Shown: positions 52,175 through 61,962, counted from the stretch's first letter. The stretch is DNA of 64,000 nucleotides from an uncultured Chlamydiae bacterium (GCA_963754655.1 CAVWGN010000001.1:1376001-1440000); one strand, 5' to 3'. The notes: a model not told the origin generated them from the sequence alone. Numbers and translations: made by a program.

Positions 52175-52208
52175 TTAGCGCAATTTAGAAATTTCTAAAT
52201 TGCGCTAA
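52175..52208. promoter_or_regulatory. Perfect 34-bp palindrome in the array-2 intergenic spacer
   Basis: TTAGCGCAATTTAGAAA|TTTCTAAATTGCGCTAA; one-mismatch copy at ~56350, degenerate copies at ~54423, ~58756, ~61226; function unknown. Confidence 0.45.
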
Positions 52209-52285
52209 CGCATCAAATTTTAATCGAACAGCAACAAACTATTTAACAAAATATAGAAAATTTCATTGCTCAACCAAATAAAAAC

Positions 52286-53764
52286 TTACAAATGCCAGAC
52301 CGAATATAATGCCAGATCGGATATATAGTTTTTTGGAGTTTGTAGTAGTGAAGTTAAGGCAATTTCAATTCGAAGAGCTAAACTCACATATTCAAGAACT
52401 CGGTCATTTTGCTTAACGGCCGCCAAGACAATGTCTCGATCTTTTTTAAGGCTTTCATCTGCATACTTAAGAGTCAGGCCATCTTGCTTAACGGCAGCCA
52501 AGACAATGTCTCGATCTTTTTTAAGGCTTGCATCTGCATAGAAAAGAGCCCAGCCATCTTGCTTAACGGCCGCTAAGGCAATCTCTCGATCTTTTTTAAG
52601 GCTTTCATCTGCATATTCAAGAGCGCTGCCTCTTTGCTGAACGGCAGCCAAGACAATTTCTCGATCTTTTTTAAGGCTTGCATCTGCATATTTAATAACA
52701 TAGCCATTTTGCTGAATGGCAGCCAAGACAATTTCTTGATCTTTTTTAAGGCTTTCATTTGCATATTTAAGAGCCCAGCCATCTTGCTGAACAGCAGCCA
52801 AGACAATTTCTCGATTTTTTTTAAGGCTTACATCTGCATATTCAAGAGCTAAGCCCTCTTGCTTAACGGCAGCCAAGACAATTTCTCGATCTTTTTTAAG
52901 GCTTTTACCTGCATAGGCAAGAGCACCTCCTGTTTGCTGAACGGCTGCTAAAACAATCTCTCGATCTTTTCTAAGGCTTATATCTGCATAGAAAAGAGCC
53001 AAGCCAACTTGGTTAACGGCAGCTAAGATAATCTCTCGATCTTTTCTAAAACTTTTAATATCAAAAACAGCCTGTCCAAAACAGCGAACAACCTGAGTAA
53101 AAATTTTTTTATCGTTAAAATTGGGAAATTTTTTAAGTGTGGAGATAACAGATGTTTTTGCCAGCTCCCAGGTTGCACTTAAACTCGCGCCTCTATAAAG
53201 TTTTGCGATAGAATCATTTTCCATAACCGTTAATCTTTGTTCATCCGTGCCGAATATAAGAGAATCTAAAATAGACAACTGCTCTTTAGCCACAAGCTGA
53301 ATGTTTTTATTGGCGCTCTTTTTGCAAAATGCAGGATTCCATGGGTAGCGATCCAAAAGAGAAAGAAATAAACTCTTCGGGTGAAATAATTTTGAATCAA
53401 CCATTAATAATTGTTCAAATCTTTGGTCATCGCTTGCTAGATCGATCAGTTTAAGTTCCTGAGATGTAAAAGACTCATTCTCAGTTGTGAGGCATTCTTG
53501 CAGGTGGCTAATAGTGGTAGAGGATTGATGGCTACCTTTAAGTTGAAAAAGAACCTGCACCAATGAAATGCAACGATTCTTTTGGAGAACGCTTTTCCAT
53601 TTTTTACAGGTAAATAAAATAGAAGAAATATGTTTTGAAGAGTAGTCGGGGTTGACAACTCGATCAAAAATAATGCCTAATACCTCATTTGGAATTAGTG
53701 TATCTAACAAAGAGTCGTTTGAAGCTTTGTATATTGTTTGCAAAGGAGACTGTATATTTTGCAT
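52286..53764 (-). CDS. F-box-like + DUF4116-type repeat protein (array 2, ~9 repeats)
   Basis: Paralog; variants VGL,TGG,EGL,DGW,NGY,RGS,DGW,DGL,NDR. Confidence 0.9.
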   Translation of the reverse strand: MQNIQSPLQTIYKASNDSLLDTLIPNEVLGIIFDRVVNPDYSSKHISSILFTCKKWKSVLQKNRCISLVQVLFQLKGSHQSSTTISHLQECLTTENESFTSQELKLIDLASDDQRFEQLLMVDSKLFHPKSLFLSLLDRYPWNPAFCKKSANKNIQLVAKEQLSILDSLIFGTDEQRLTVMENDSIAKLYRGASLSATWELAKTSVISTLKKFPNFNDKKIFTQVVRCFGQAVFDIKSFRKDREIILAAVNQVGLALFYADISLRKDREIVLAAVQQTGGALAYAGKSLKKDREIVLAAVKQEGLALEYADVSLKKNREIVLAAVQQDGWALKYANESLKKDQEIVLAAIQQNGYVIKYADASLKKDREIVLAAVQQRGSALEYADESLKKDREIALAAVKQDGWALFYADASLKKDRDIVLAAVKQDGLTLKYADESLKKDRDIVLAAVKQNDRVLEYVSLALRIEIALTSLLQTPKNYISDLALYSVWHL

Positions 53765-53817
53765 AATTATCTTGTAAATAAACTATTGATTTTACTATTT
53801 AAATTTAATTTATAATT

Positions 53818-54353
53818 TAGAGTTTTTTACCAAAAATATTTGACACTTACAGCCCTTCAGGCTGCATAACACAACTTACTGATAACCAGGGCGTTGTTCC
53901 ATACGCATCAAGCTAAGAGATGAGCGTAGGCTACGCGACGCATTCAGTCGCCGCGCCGCTTCGCTCTGGGCTCTAGGTGAGGAGGTTGAGGACCCACCGT
54001 TCGGTCGCCCTCCGGGCTCGGTCACAGTGGGCTATTACCAGTCGTCCTACGGACTCTAGCGGCATTATCAGAACGCCTTAAATAGCATTCAATGGCTTTC
54101 TACATTGCCGCTAGAGTCCGTAGGACGACTGGTAATAGCCCACTGTGACCGAGCCCGGAGGGCGACACCGAACGGTGGGTCCTCAACCTCCTCGCCTAGA
54201 GCCCAGAGCGAAGCGGCGCGGCGACTGAAGGCGTCGCGTAGCCTACGCTCATCTCTTAGCTTGATGCGTATGGGACAACGCCCTGGTTATCAGTGAGTTG
54301 TGTCATGCAGCCTGAAGGGTTATAAGTGTCAAATATTTTTGGTAAAAAAACTG
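53818..54353. repeat. ~535-bp nested palindrome (family-B outer arms, family-C core, 41-nt spacer), copy 1
   Basis: Arms reverse-complementary around spacer 54065-54105; TTTATAATT on both sides. Confidence 0.92.
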
Positions 54354-54552
54354 TTTATAATTTTATTAGATGCTATAATATAAATTTTATGGTTATAATT
54401 CAATGTATTAATTCTAATTATATTAGCACAATTTATAAATTTTTAAACTGCTCTAACCATCAAATTTTAATCGAACAGCAACACATTCTGGAAGAGACAG
54501 CTTTAATGGGAAAAGAATAGTTCCAGAGAAAAAAGTAAGCAAAGCTTATTTT

Positions 54553-54843
54553 TTATGCGTGAGTTTTCTCAACCCAAATGGCAAAAGCTGTGGCATATTG
54601 CTGACAATGACTAAGAGAAACATGAAGGGTGGTAAGATCGTCAAATAATTCTTGTATGAATGGCAAGAAAATAGCGATTGGTTTACCTGTTGGATGATTT
54701 CGAATCTCAATATCCAACTTTCCAGAGAAAAAGGTAAAAAAGATTATTTTTATGCATGAGTTTTCCTTCGATTCGCCTGTTTGTGTAATAGGTTTGAGGG
54801 CATTGGAAAGCATATGAATGTTAATAATTCTTACGCCTTCAAT
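54553..54843 (-). pseudogene. Collapsed relic of the PIN/TRAM 3' end and acpS
   Basis: MLSNALKPITQ.. fused via a ~50-nt copy of the acpS end/spacer (54721-54768) to ..LDIEIRNHPTGKP..YATAFAIW. Confidence 0.88.
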
Positions 54844-54912
54844 TAAAATATTTCTCTAATATAAACTATTTGACAAACAGTAGAAAATTTGATTGGTCAA
54901 CCGAACAAAAAC

Positions 54913-56244
54913 TTACAAATGCCCGACCGAGTATAATGCCAGATCGAATATATAGTTTCTTGAATTTTGTAGTAGTAAAGTTAAAGCAAGGTCAATTTGA
55001 AGCGCTAAACTCGCATATTGATATCGAAGAGTCAAGCCATATTGCTTAACGGCAGCCCAGACAATGTCTCGATCTTTTTTAAGGCTGTCATCTGCATATT
55101 CACGAGCTTTGCCATCTTGCTGAACGGCAGCCAAGACAATCTCTCGATCTTTTTTAAGGCTTTCATCTGCATATTGAAGAGCTTTGCCATTTTGCTGAAC
55201 GGCTGCTAAAACAATCTCTCGATCTTTTTTAAGGCTTTCATCTGCATATTGAAGAGCATTGCCATGTTCCTGAACAGCAGCCAAAACAATTTCTAGATCT
55301 TTTTTAAGACTTTCATCTGCATAGTGAAGAGCATAGCCTCTTTGCTGAACGGCAGCCAAGACAATCTCTCGATCTTTTTTAAGGCTTTCATCTGCATATT
55401 CAAGGGCCCAGCCATCTTGCTGAACGGCAGCCAAGACAATCTCTCGATCTTTTTTAAGGCTTTCATCTGCATTTCGAAGAGTCCTACCCCTTCGCTGAAC
55501 GCAAGCTAAGACAATCTCTCGATCTTTTTTAACGCGTTCATGTATATCAAAAACAGAATCTCCAAAACAGCGCGCAGCTTGAATAAAAATTTTTTTATCC
55601 TTAAAATTGGAAAAATTTTTAAGTGTGGAGATGACGAATCTTTCTGCTTTCCACCAGGTGGTACCTCGAATCGCGCCTATATAAACTTTTGTGATAGAAT
55701 TATTTGCGATAACCGTTAATCTTTGCTGCTTAGGACCTGATACAAGAGAATTTAAAATAGACAATTGCTCTTTAGCCACTTGATGAATCCTCTTATTGGC
55801 GCTCCATTGGCAAACTTCAGGATCCCATGAATAGTGATCCAAAAGACAAAGAAACAAACTCTTCGGGTGAAATAATTTTGAATCAGCCATTAATAATTTT
55901 TTAAAGGTTCGATCACAGCAGAATCGATCAATCAATTTAAATTCTTGAGAGGTAAAATGCTTCTTTTGGTAAGTTATCATACAATCCTGTAGCGTAATAG
56001 CAGATCGATTACTGTTTTTAAGCTGAAAAAGGGCCTGCACCAATAAAATACAAGGATTTTTTTGGAGAACACTTTTCCATTTTTTACAAGTGAGTAAAAT
56101 AGAAGAAAAATGCCTTGAAGAGCAGCTTAAGTTGATAACTTGATCAAAAACAACTCCTAATATCTCATTAGGAATTAATGTATCTAACAAAGAGTCGCTT
56201 GAAGTTTTTTGCATTGTTTGCAAATGAGAATGTATATTTTGCAT
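54913..56244 (-). CDS. F-box-like + DUF4116-type repeat protein (array 2, ~7 repeats)
   Basis: Paralog; variants RGR,DGW,RGY,HGN,NGK,DGK,YGL. Confidence 0.9.
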   Translation of the reverse strand: MQNIHSHLQTMQKTSSDSLLDTLIPNEILGVVFDQVINLSCSSRHFSSILLTCKKWKSVLQKNPCILLVQALFQLKNSNRSAITLQDCMITYQKKHFTSQEFKLIDRFCCDRTFKKLLMADSKLFHPKSLFLCLLDHYSWDPEVCQWSANKRIHQVAKEQLSILNSLVSGPKQQRLTVIANNSITKVYIGAIRGTTWWKAERFVISTLKNFSNFKDKKIFIQAARCFGDSVFDIHERVKKDREIVLACVQRRGRTLRNADESLKKDREIVLAAVQQDGWALEYADESLKKDREIVLAAVQQRGYALHYADESLKKDLEIVLAAVQEHGNALQYADESLKKDREIVLAAVQQNGKALQYADESLKKDREIVLAAVQQDGKAREYADDSLKKDRDIVWAAVKQYGLTLRYQYASLALQIDLALTLLLQNSRNYIFDLALYSVGHL

Positions 56245-56460
56245 AATTGTCCTGTAAATAAACTATTGACTTTACTATTTAAATTTAATTTAATTAGATG
56301 CTATAATATAAATTTTGTGATTATGATTCAATGTATTAATTCTACCTGATTAGCGCAATTTAGAAATTTCTAAATTGTGCTAACGCATCAAATTTTAATC
56401 GAACAGCAACAAACTATTTAACAAACTGTAGAAAAATTAATTGCTCAACCGAATAAAAAC

Positions 56461-58098
56461 TTACAAATGCCAGACCGAATATAATGCCAGATCGGATATA
56501 TAGTTTTTTGGAGTTTGTAGTAGTGAAGTTAAGGCAAGTTCAATTCGAAGAGCTAAACTCACATATTCAAGAGCTCGGTCATTTTGCTTAAGGGCCGCCA
56601 AGACAATTTCTCGATTTTTTTTAAGGCTTACATCTGCATATTCAAGAGCTAAGCCCTCTTGCTTAACGGCAGCCAAGACAATTTCTCGATCTTTTTTAAG
56701 ACTTTTATCTGCATATTGAAGAGCTCCCGCACTTTGCTTAATGGCAGCCAAGACGATCTCTCGATCTTTTTTAAGGCTTTTATGTGCATAGCGAAGAGCT
56801 TCCCAGCCCCAGCCAACTTGGTTAACGGCTGCCAAAACAATCTCTCGATCTTTTCTAAGGCTTGCATCTGCATATTCAAGAGCCAAGCCAACTTGGTTAA
56901 CGGCAGCCAAGACAATTTCTCGATCTTTTTTAAGGCTTTTACCTGCATATTGAAGACCATTGCCCTCTTGCTGAACGGCTGCCAAAACAATCTCTCGATC
57001 TTTTCTAAGGCTTGCATCTGCATAGAAAAGAGCATCGCCACTTTGCTTAACGGCAGCCAAGACAATTTCTCGATCTTTTTTAAGGCTTTCATCTGCATAG
57101 ACAAGAGCCGTACCATCTTGGTTAACGGCCGCCAAGACAATCTCTTGATCTTTTTTAAGGCTTTCATCTACAAATTGGAGAGCGTTGCCATTTTGCTTAA
57201 CGGCCGCCAAGACAATCTCTTGATCTTTTTTAAGGCTTCCATCTGCATATCGAAGAGCTTGGCCATTTTGCTTAACGGCAGCCAAGATAATATCTCGATC
57301 TTTTTTAAGGCTTTCATCTGCATTTCGAAGAGTCCTACCCCTTCGCTGAACGCAAGCTAAGACAATCTCTCGATCCTTTTTAAGGCTTTCATGTATATCA
57401 AAAACAGAGCGTCCAAAACAGCGCGCAACCTGAATAAAAATTTTTTTATCGTTAAAATTGGGAAACTTTTTAAGGGTGGAGATGACGGATGTTTTTGCCT
57501 GCCGCCAGGTTGCACTTCGACTCGCGCCTCTATAAAGTTTGGCAATAGAATCATTCTCGATAACCGTTAATCTTTGTTCATCCGTGCCGAATATGAGAGA
57601 ATTCAAAATAGACAACTGCTCTTCAGCCACAAGCTGGATATTTTTATTGGCGCTAATTGTGCAAAATTCAGGATTCCATGGGCAGCGATCCAAAAGAGAA
57701 AGAAATAAACTTTTCGGGTGAAATAATTTTGAATCCACCATTAACAATTGTTCAAATCTTTGGTTATCATTTGCTAGATCGATTAGTTTAAGTTCCTGAG
57801 ATGTAAAAGACTCATTCTCAGTTGTGAGGCATTCTTGCAGGTGGCTAATAGTAGAGGGGTGATGGCTACCGTTAAGTTGAAAAAGAGCCTGCACCAATGA
57901 AATACAAGGATTCTTTTGGAGAACGCTTTTCCATTTTTTACAGGTAAATAAAATAGAAGAAATATGTTTTGAAGAGTAGTCAGGGTTGACAACTCGATCA
58001 AAAATAATGCCTAATACCTCATTTGGAATTAGTGTATCTAACAAAGAGTCGTTTGAAGCTTTGTATATTGTTTGCAAAGGAGACTGTATATTTTGCAT
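56461..58098 (-). CDS. F-box-like + DUF4116-type repeat protein (array 2, ~11 repeats)
   Basis: Paralog; variants RGR,NGQ,NGN,DGT,SGD,EGN,VGL,VGWGWE,SAG,EGL,NDR. Confidence 0.9.
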   Translation of the reverse strand: MQNIQSPLQTIYKASNDSLLDTLIPNEVLGIIFDRVVNPDYSSKHISSILFTCKKWKSVLQKNPCISLVQALFQLNGSHHPSTISHLQECLTTENESFTSQELKLIDLANDNQRFEQLLMVDSKLFHPKSLFLSLLDRCPWNPEFCTISANKNIQLVAEEQLSILNSLIFGTDEQRLTVIENDSIAKLYRGASRSATWRQAKTSVISTLKKFPNFNDKKIFIQVARCFGRSVFDIHESLKKDREIVLACVQRRGRTLRNADESLKKDRDIILAAVKQNGQALRYADGSLKKDQEIVLAAVKQNGNALQFVDESLKKDQEIVLAAVNQDGTALVYADESLKKDREIVLAAVKQSGDALFYADASLRKDREIVLAAVQQEGNGLQYAGKSLKKDREIVLAAVNQVGLALEYADASLRKDREIVLAAVNQVGWGWEALRYAHKSLKKDREIVLAAIKQSAGALQYADKSLKKDREIVLAAVKQEGLALEYADVSLKKNREIVLAALKQNDRALEYVSLALRIELALTSLLQTPKNYISDLALYSVWHL

Positions 58099-58151
58099 AA
58101 TTATCCTGTGAATAAACTATTAATTTTACTATTTAAATTTAATTTATAATT

Positions 58152-58686
58152 CAGAGTTTTTTACCAAAAATATTTGACACTTACAGCCCTTCAGGCTGCA
58201 TAACACAACTTACTGATAACCAGGGCATTGCCCCATACGCATCAAGCTAAGAGATGAGCGTAGGCTACGCGACGCATTCAGTCGCCGCGCCGCTTCACTC
58301 TGGGCTCTATGTAAGGGGGTTGAGGACCCACCGTTCGGTCGCCCTCCGGCTCGGTCACGGTGGGCTATTACCAGTCGCCCTACAAACTCTAGCGGCAATG
58401 TAGAAAGCCATTGAATGCTATTTAAGGCGTTCTGATAATGCCGCTAGAGTCCGTAGGACGACTGGTAATAGCCCACCGTGACCGAGCCCGGAGGGCGACC
58501 GAACGGTGGGTCCTCAACCCCCTTACATAGAGCTCAGAGTGAAGCGGCGCGGCGACTGAATGCGTCGCGTAGCCTACGCTCATCTCTTAGCTTGCTGCGT
58601 ATGGGACAACGCCCTGGTTATCAGTAAGTTGTGTTATGCAGCCTGAAGGGCTGTAAGTGTCAAATATTTTTGGTAAAAAAAACCTG
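58152..58686. repeat. ~535-bp nested palindrome, copy 2 (central spacer inverted relative to copy 1)
   Basis: Same flanks as 53818-54353; spacer 58398-58438 is the exact reverse complement of 54065-54105. Confidence 0.92.
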
Positions 58687-58885
58687 TTTATAATTTTATT
58701 AGATATTATAATATAAGTTTTATGGTTATAATTCAATGTATTAATTCTAATTATATTAACACAATTTATAAATTTTTAAACTGCTCTAACCATCAAATTT
58801 TAATCGAACAGTAACACATTCTGGAAGAGATGGCTTTAATGGGAAAAGAATAGTTCCAGAGAAAAAAGTAAGCAAAACTTATTTT

Positions 58886-59268
58886 TTATGCCTGAGTTTT
58901 TCCGACCCAAATGGCAAAAGCTGTGGCATATTGCTGACAATGACTAAGCGAAACATGGAGGGTGGTGAGATCGCCAAATAATTCTTGTGCAAATGGCGAG
59001 AAAATAGCGATTGGTTTACCTGTGGGATGATTTCGAATCTTAATATCTAACCAAGTCAGTCCTTGGAAAAATCCTGTTCCCAAGGTTTTTACAATGGCTT
59101 CTTTAGCTGCAAAGCGGCCTGCTAAGTGAAGAGCAGGCTCTTTGCGTTTGAGACAATAGTCCTGCTCATAGGAGGTAAATACGCGATTGAGAAATCGTTG
59201 TGAATAATGTGTAAGAACTGCTTGAATGCGGGCAGTTTCCACAATGTCATTACCAATTCTCAAATCAT
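58886..59268 (-). pseudogene. acpS: Duplicate acpS frameshifted right after its start codon
   Basis: ATG ATT TGA at 59268 versus ATG ATT TTG GGA in the intact copy; the rest (GNDIVE, GRFAAKEA) is intact and reachable from an upstream ATG at 59323. Confidence 0.8.
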
Positions 59269-59601
59269 AAAGCCAGAAAATTTTTATGTGTCTTAAGCTC
59301 TTGATTATTATTTGAAAAATCATCCTCTGTCAACAGACTTCCCTTTTCTGCTGCATTGCAGAAAATCATTCTACTCGAAGAAGTGTGTTTAACAGACAAG
59401 ACATAAGCTTTAATTGTTTCCCCAATAAATTCAGCTACTTCATTGACAACTACCATTGTTCCATCTTCCAGGTAACCCACACCTTGACGAGCCTCTTTAC
59501 CATAGCGTTGAATCTTGTTGTTAATCGATTCGTCTGCTTGTATAATAGGTTTGAGGGCATTGGAAAGCATATGAATGTTGATAATTCTTACACCTTCAAT
59601 C
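59265..59601 (-). pseudogene. 5'-truncated duplicate of the PIN/TRAM gene 3' end
   Basis: Near-identical to 63570-63906; homology stops at CACCTTCAATC. Confidence 0.88.
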
Positions 59602-59669
59602 CAAATATTCTCTCATATAAACTATTTGACAAACTGTAGAAAGTTTGATCGGTCAAGCGAAAAAAAAAC

Positions 59670-61082
59670 TTACAAATGCCAGACCGAGTGTAATGCCAGA
59701 TCGAGTATATAGTTTTTTGAAGTTTGTAGTAGTAGAGTTAGGGCACGTTCAATTCGAAAATCTAAACTCGCATATTCAAGAGCCTTGCTATCTTGCTGAA
59801 TAGCAGCTAAGACAATCTCTCGATCGTTTGTAAGGCTTTCATCTGCATATTGAAGAGCTAAGCCCTTTTGCTTAACGGCTGCCAAGACAATGTCTCGATC
59901 CTTTTTAAGGCTTTTAGCTGCCCAGTAAAGCATATCGCCATCTTGCTTAATGGCAGCCAAGACAATTTCTCGATCTTTTTTAAAGCTTGCATCTGCATAG
60001 AGAAAAGCCAAGAAATTTTGCTTAACGGCAGCTAAGACAATCTCTCGATCTTTTTTAAGGCTTTTATCTGCATAATCAAGAGCCCAGCCCCTTTGCTGAA
60101 TGGCAGCCCAGACAATCTCTCGATCTTTTTGAAAGCTTTTATCTGCATATTTAAGAGATAAGCCCTCTTGCTGAACAGCAGCCCCGACAATTTCTCGATC
60201 TTTTTTAAGGCTTTCATCTGCATATTTAAAAGCCCCGCCATTTTGCTGAACAGCAGCCAAGACAATCTCTCGATCTTTTTTAAAGCTTTCATCTACCAAC
60301 TCAAGAGCCTCTCCATTTTGCTGAACAGCAGCCAAAACAATCTCTCGATCTTTTTTAAGGCTTTCATGTATATCAAAAACAGCATCTCCAAAACAGTGCG
60401 CAACTTGAATGAAAAATTTTTTATCGTTAAAATTGGGAAATTTTTTAAGGGTGGAGATGACAGATGTTTTTGCCTGCCGCCAGGTTGCACTTCGACTTCC
60501 GCCCCTATAAAGTTTTGTGATAGAATCATTTTCGATAACCGTTAATTTTTGTTCATCCGTGCCTAATATAAGAGAATTCAGAATAGACAACTGCTCTTCA
60601 GCCACAAGCTGGATGTTTTTATTGGCGCTCTTTTTGCAAACGTCAAAATCCCAGGAGTAATGATCCAAAAGAGAAAGAAATAAACTCTTTGGGTGAAATA
60701 ATCTTGAATCAACCATTAGTAATTTTTTAAAGTTTTCTTTAAAGTAGACTTGATCAATCAATTTAAATTCTTGAGATGTAAAAGACTTCTTTTGTCCATC
60801 AGTTGTGAGGCATTCTTGGAGGTGCTTAATAGTGTTAGGGCGTTGATGGCTACCTTTAAGTTGAAAAAGAGCCTGCACCAATGAAATGCAAGGGTTCTTT
60901 TGGAGAACGCTTTTCCATTTTTTACAAGTGAGTAAAATAGAAAAGGTGTCATTTAAAGATTGGCTTTGGTTGACAACTTGATCAAAAACAATTCCTAATA
61001 CCTCCTTAGGAATTAGTGTATCTAACAAAGAGTCGTTTGAAGTTTTGTGTATTGTTTGCAAATGAGAATGTATATTTTGCAT
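59670..61082 (-). CDS. F-box-like + DUF4116-type repeat protein (first gene of array 2, ~8 repeats)
   Basis: Paralog; variants NGE,NGG,EGL,RGW,NFL,DGD,KGL,DSK. Confidence 0.9.
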   Translation of the reverse strand: MQNIHSHLQTIHKTSNDSLLDTLIPKEVLGIVFDQVVNQSQSLNDTFSILLTCKKWKSVLQKNPCISLVQALFQLKGSHQRPNTIKHLQECLTTDGQKKSFTSQEFKLIDQVYFKENFKKLLMVDSRLFHPKSLFLSLLDHYSWDFDVCKKSANKNIQLVAEEQLSILNSLILGTDEQKLTVIENDSITKLYRGGSRSATWRQAKTSVISTLKKFPNFNDKKFFIQVAHCFGDAVFDIHESLKKDREIVLAAVQQNGEALELVDESFKKDREIVLAAVQQNGGAFKYADESLKKDREIVGAAVQQEGLSLKYADKSFQKDREIVWAAIQQRGWALDYADKSLKKDREIVLAAVKQNFLAFLYADASFKKDREIVLAAIKQDGDMLYWAAKSLKKDRDIVLAAVKQKGLALQYADESLTNDREIVLAAIQQDSKALEYASLDFRIERALTLLLQTSKNYILDLALHSVWHL

Positions 61083-61395
61083 AATTATCCTATAAATAAG
61101 CTATGATTTTAATATTTAAATTTAATTAATAATTCAATTTTTTTAATAAAAAAGGTGAGTATAATTTATTATTTCCTATAATATAAATCTTATGATTATA
61201 ATTCAATGTATTGTTTCTAATTATATTAAAAAATATAAAAATTTTTAAATTGCCCGAACCCATCAAATTTTAATCGAACAGCAACACATTCTGTAAGAGA
61301 CGGCTTTAATAGGAAAAGAATATTTCCAGAGAAAAGGGCTGCGAACTGTTGACAAATTTATAGACATATATGTTCGAATTTGATATTTCATTAGC

Positions 61396-61962
61396 ATGAA
61401 ACTAAGTAAATGGGCAAAAAAACAAGGCATAAGCTATAGGACTGCTTGGCGCTGGTTCAAAGCAGGACAACTCCCTGTTCCTGCCGAGCAAACAAAAACA
61501 GGAACAATTCTAATCAAAGAGGAAATGCTTGAGCCAAATGCTGTTGCTATCTATGCACGTGTGTCCTCAGCCGATCAAAAAAATGATCTTAACGGGCAAG
61601 TAAGCCGGCTAGTCACTTTTGCCAATCAAAAAGGCTATCTTGTGGCTCACACAGTAACAGAAATAGGCTCTGGCCTCAATGGCCATCGTCCTAAATTAAT
61701 AAAATTATTGAACAATCCAAAGATCTGGATTATTTTAGTCGAACATCGAGATCGATTGATGAGATTTGGTGCTGAATATGTGGAGTCAGCATTAGCTGCA
61801 CAAGGAAGAAAATTAATAGTTGCAGATGGTTCTGAGTTAAAGGATGATTTAGTTCAAGATATGATAGAAGTGTTAACTTCTTTTTGTGCTAGACTATACG
61901 GACGAAGATCGGCAAAGAACAAAGCTAAAAAAGCATTGGAAACCATGCAAAATGCTAATTAA
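61396..61962 (+). CDS. tnpA: IS607 serine recombinase TnpA
   Basis: N-terminal HTH (GISYRTAWRW), YARVSS, EIGSGLN, EHRDRLMRFG, FCARLYGRRS. Confidence 0.95.
   Translation: MKLSKWAKKQGISYRTAWRWFKAGQLPVPAEQTKTGTILIKEEMLEPNAVAIYARVSSADQKNDLNGQVSRLVTFANQKGYLVAHTVTEIGSGLNGHRPKLIKLLNNPKIWIILVEHRDRLMRFGAEYVESALAAQGRKLIVADGSELKDDLVQDMIEVLTSFCARLYGRRSAKNKAKKALETMQNAN

Noticed and set aside
52175..52208. CIRCE (HrcA) operator
   Set aside because: Half-sites only partly match TTAGCACTC and are 16 nt apart rather than 9
53809..54362. TTTATAATT as a 9-bp target-site duplication of the nested palindrome
   Set aside because: The palindrome-free spacer at ~61120-61170 has a similar repeat arrangement, so it may predate the insertion; not claimed as a TSD
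54105..58398. MPLESVGR/MPLEFVGR ORFs
   Set aside because: Translations of the GC-rich family-C arms
23350..60545. Many alternative-frame and antisense ORFs (MKALKKIERLS..., LNGSQDNLSIFFKAF...)
   Set aside because: Shadows of a repeat unit that lacks stops in those frames; starts and ends are not conserved between paralogs
23249..61082. CRISPR array suggested by the 75-bp periodicity
   Set aside because: Units are in-frame coding repeats without unique spacers; no cas genes
23249..61082. Diversity-generating retroelement as the source of variability
   Set aside because: No reverse transcriptase or TR/VR pair in the window; changes are not adenine-specific and involve whole-repeat shuffling
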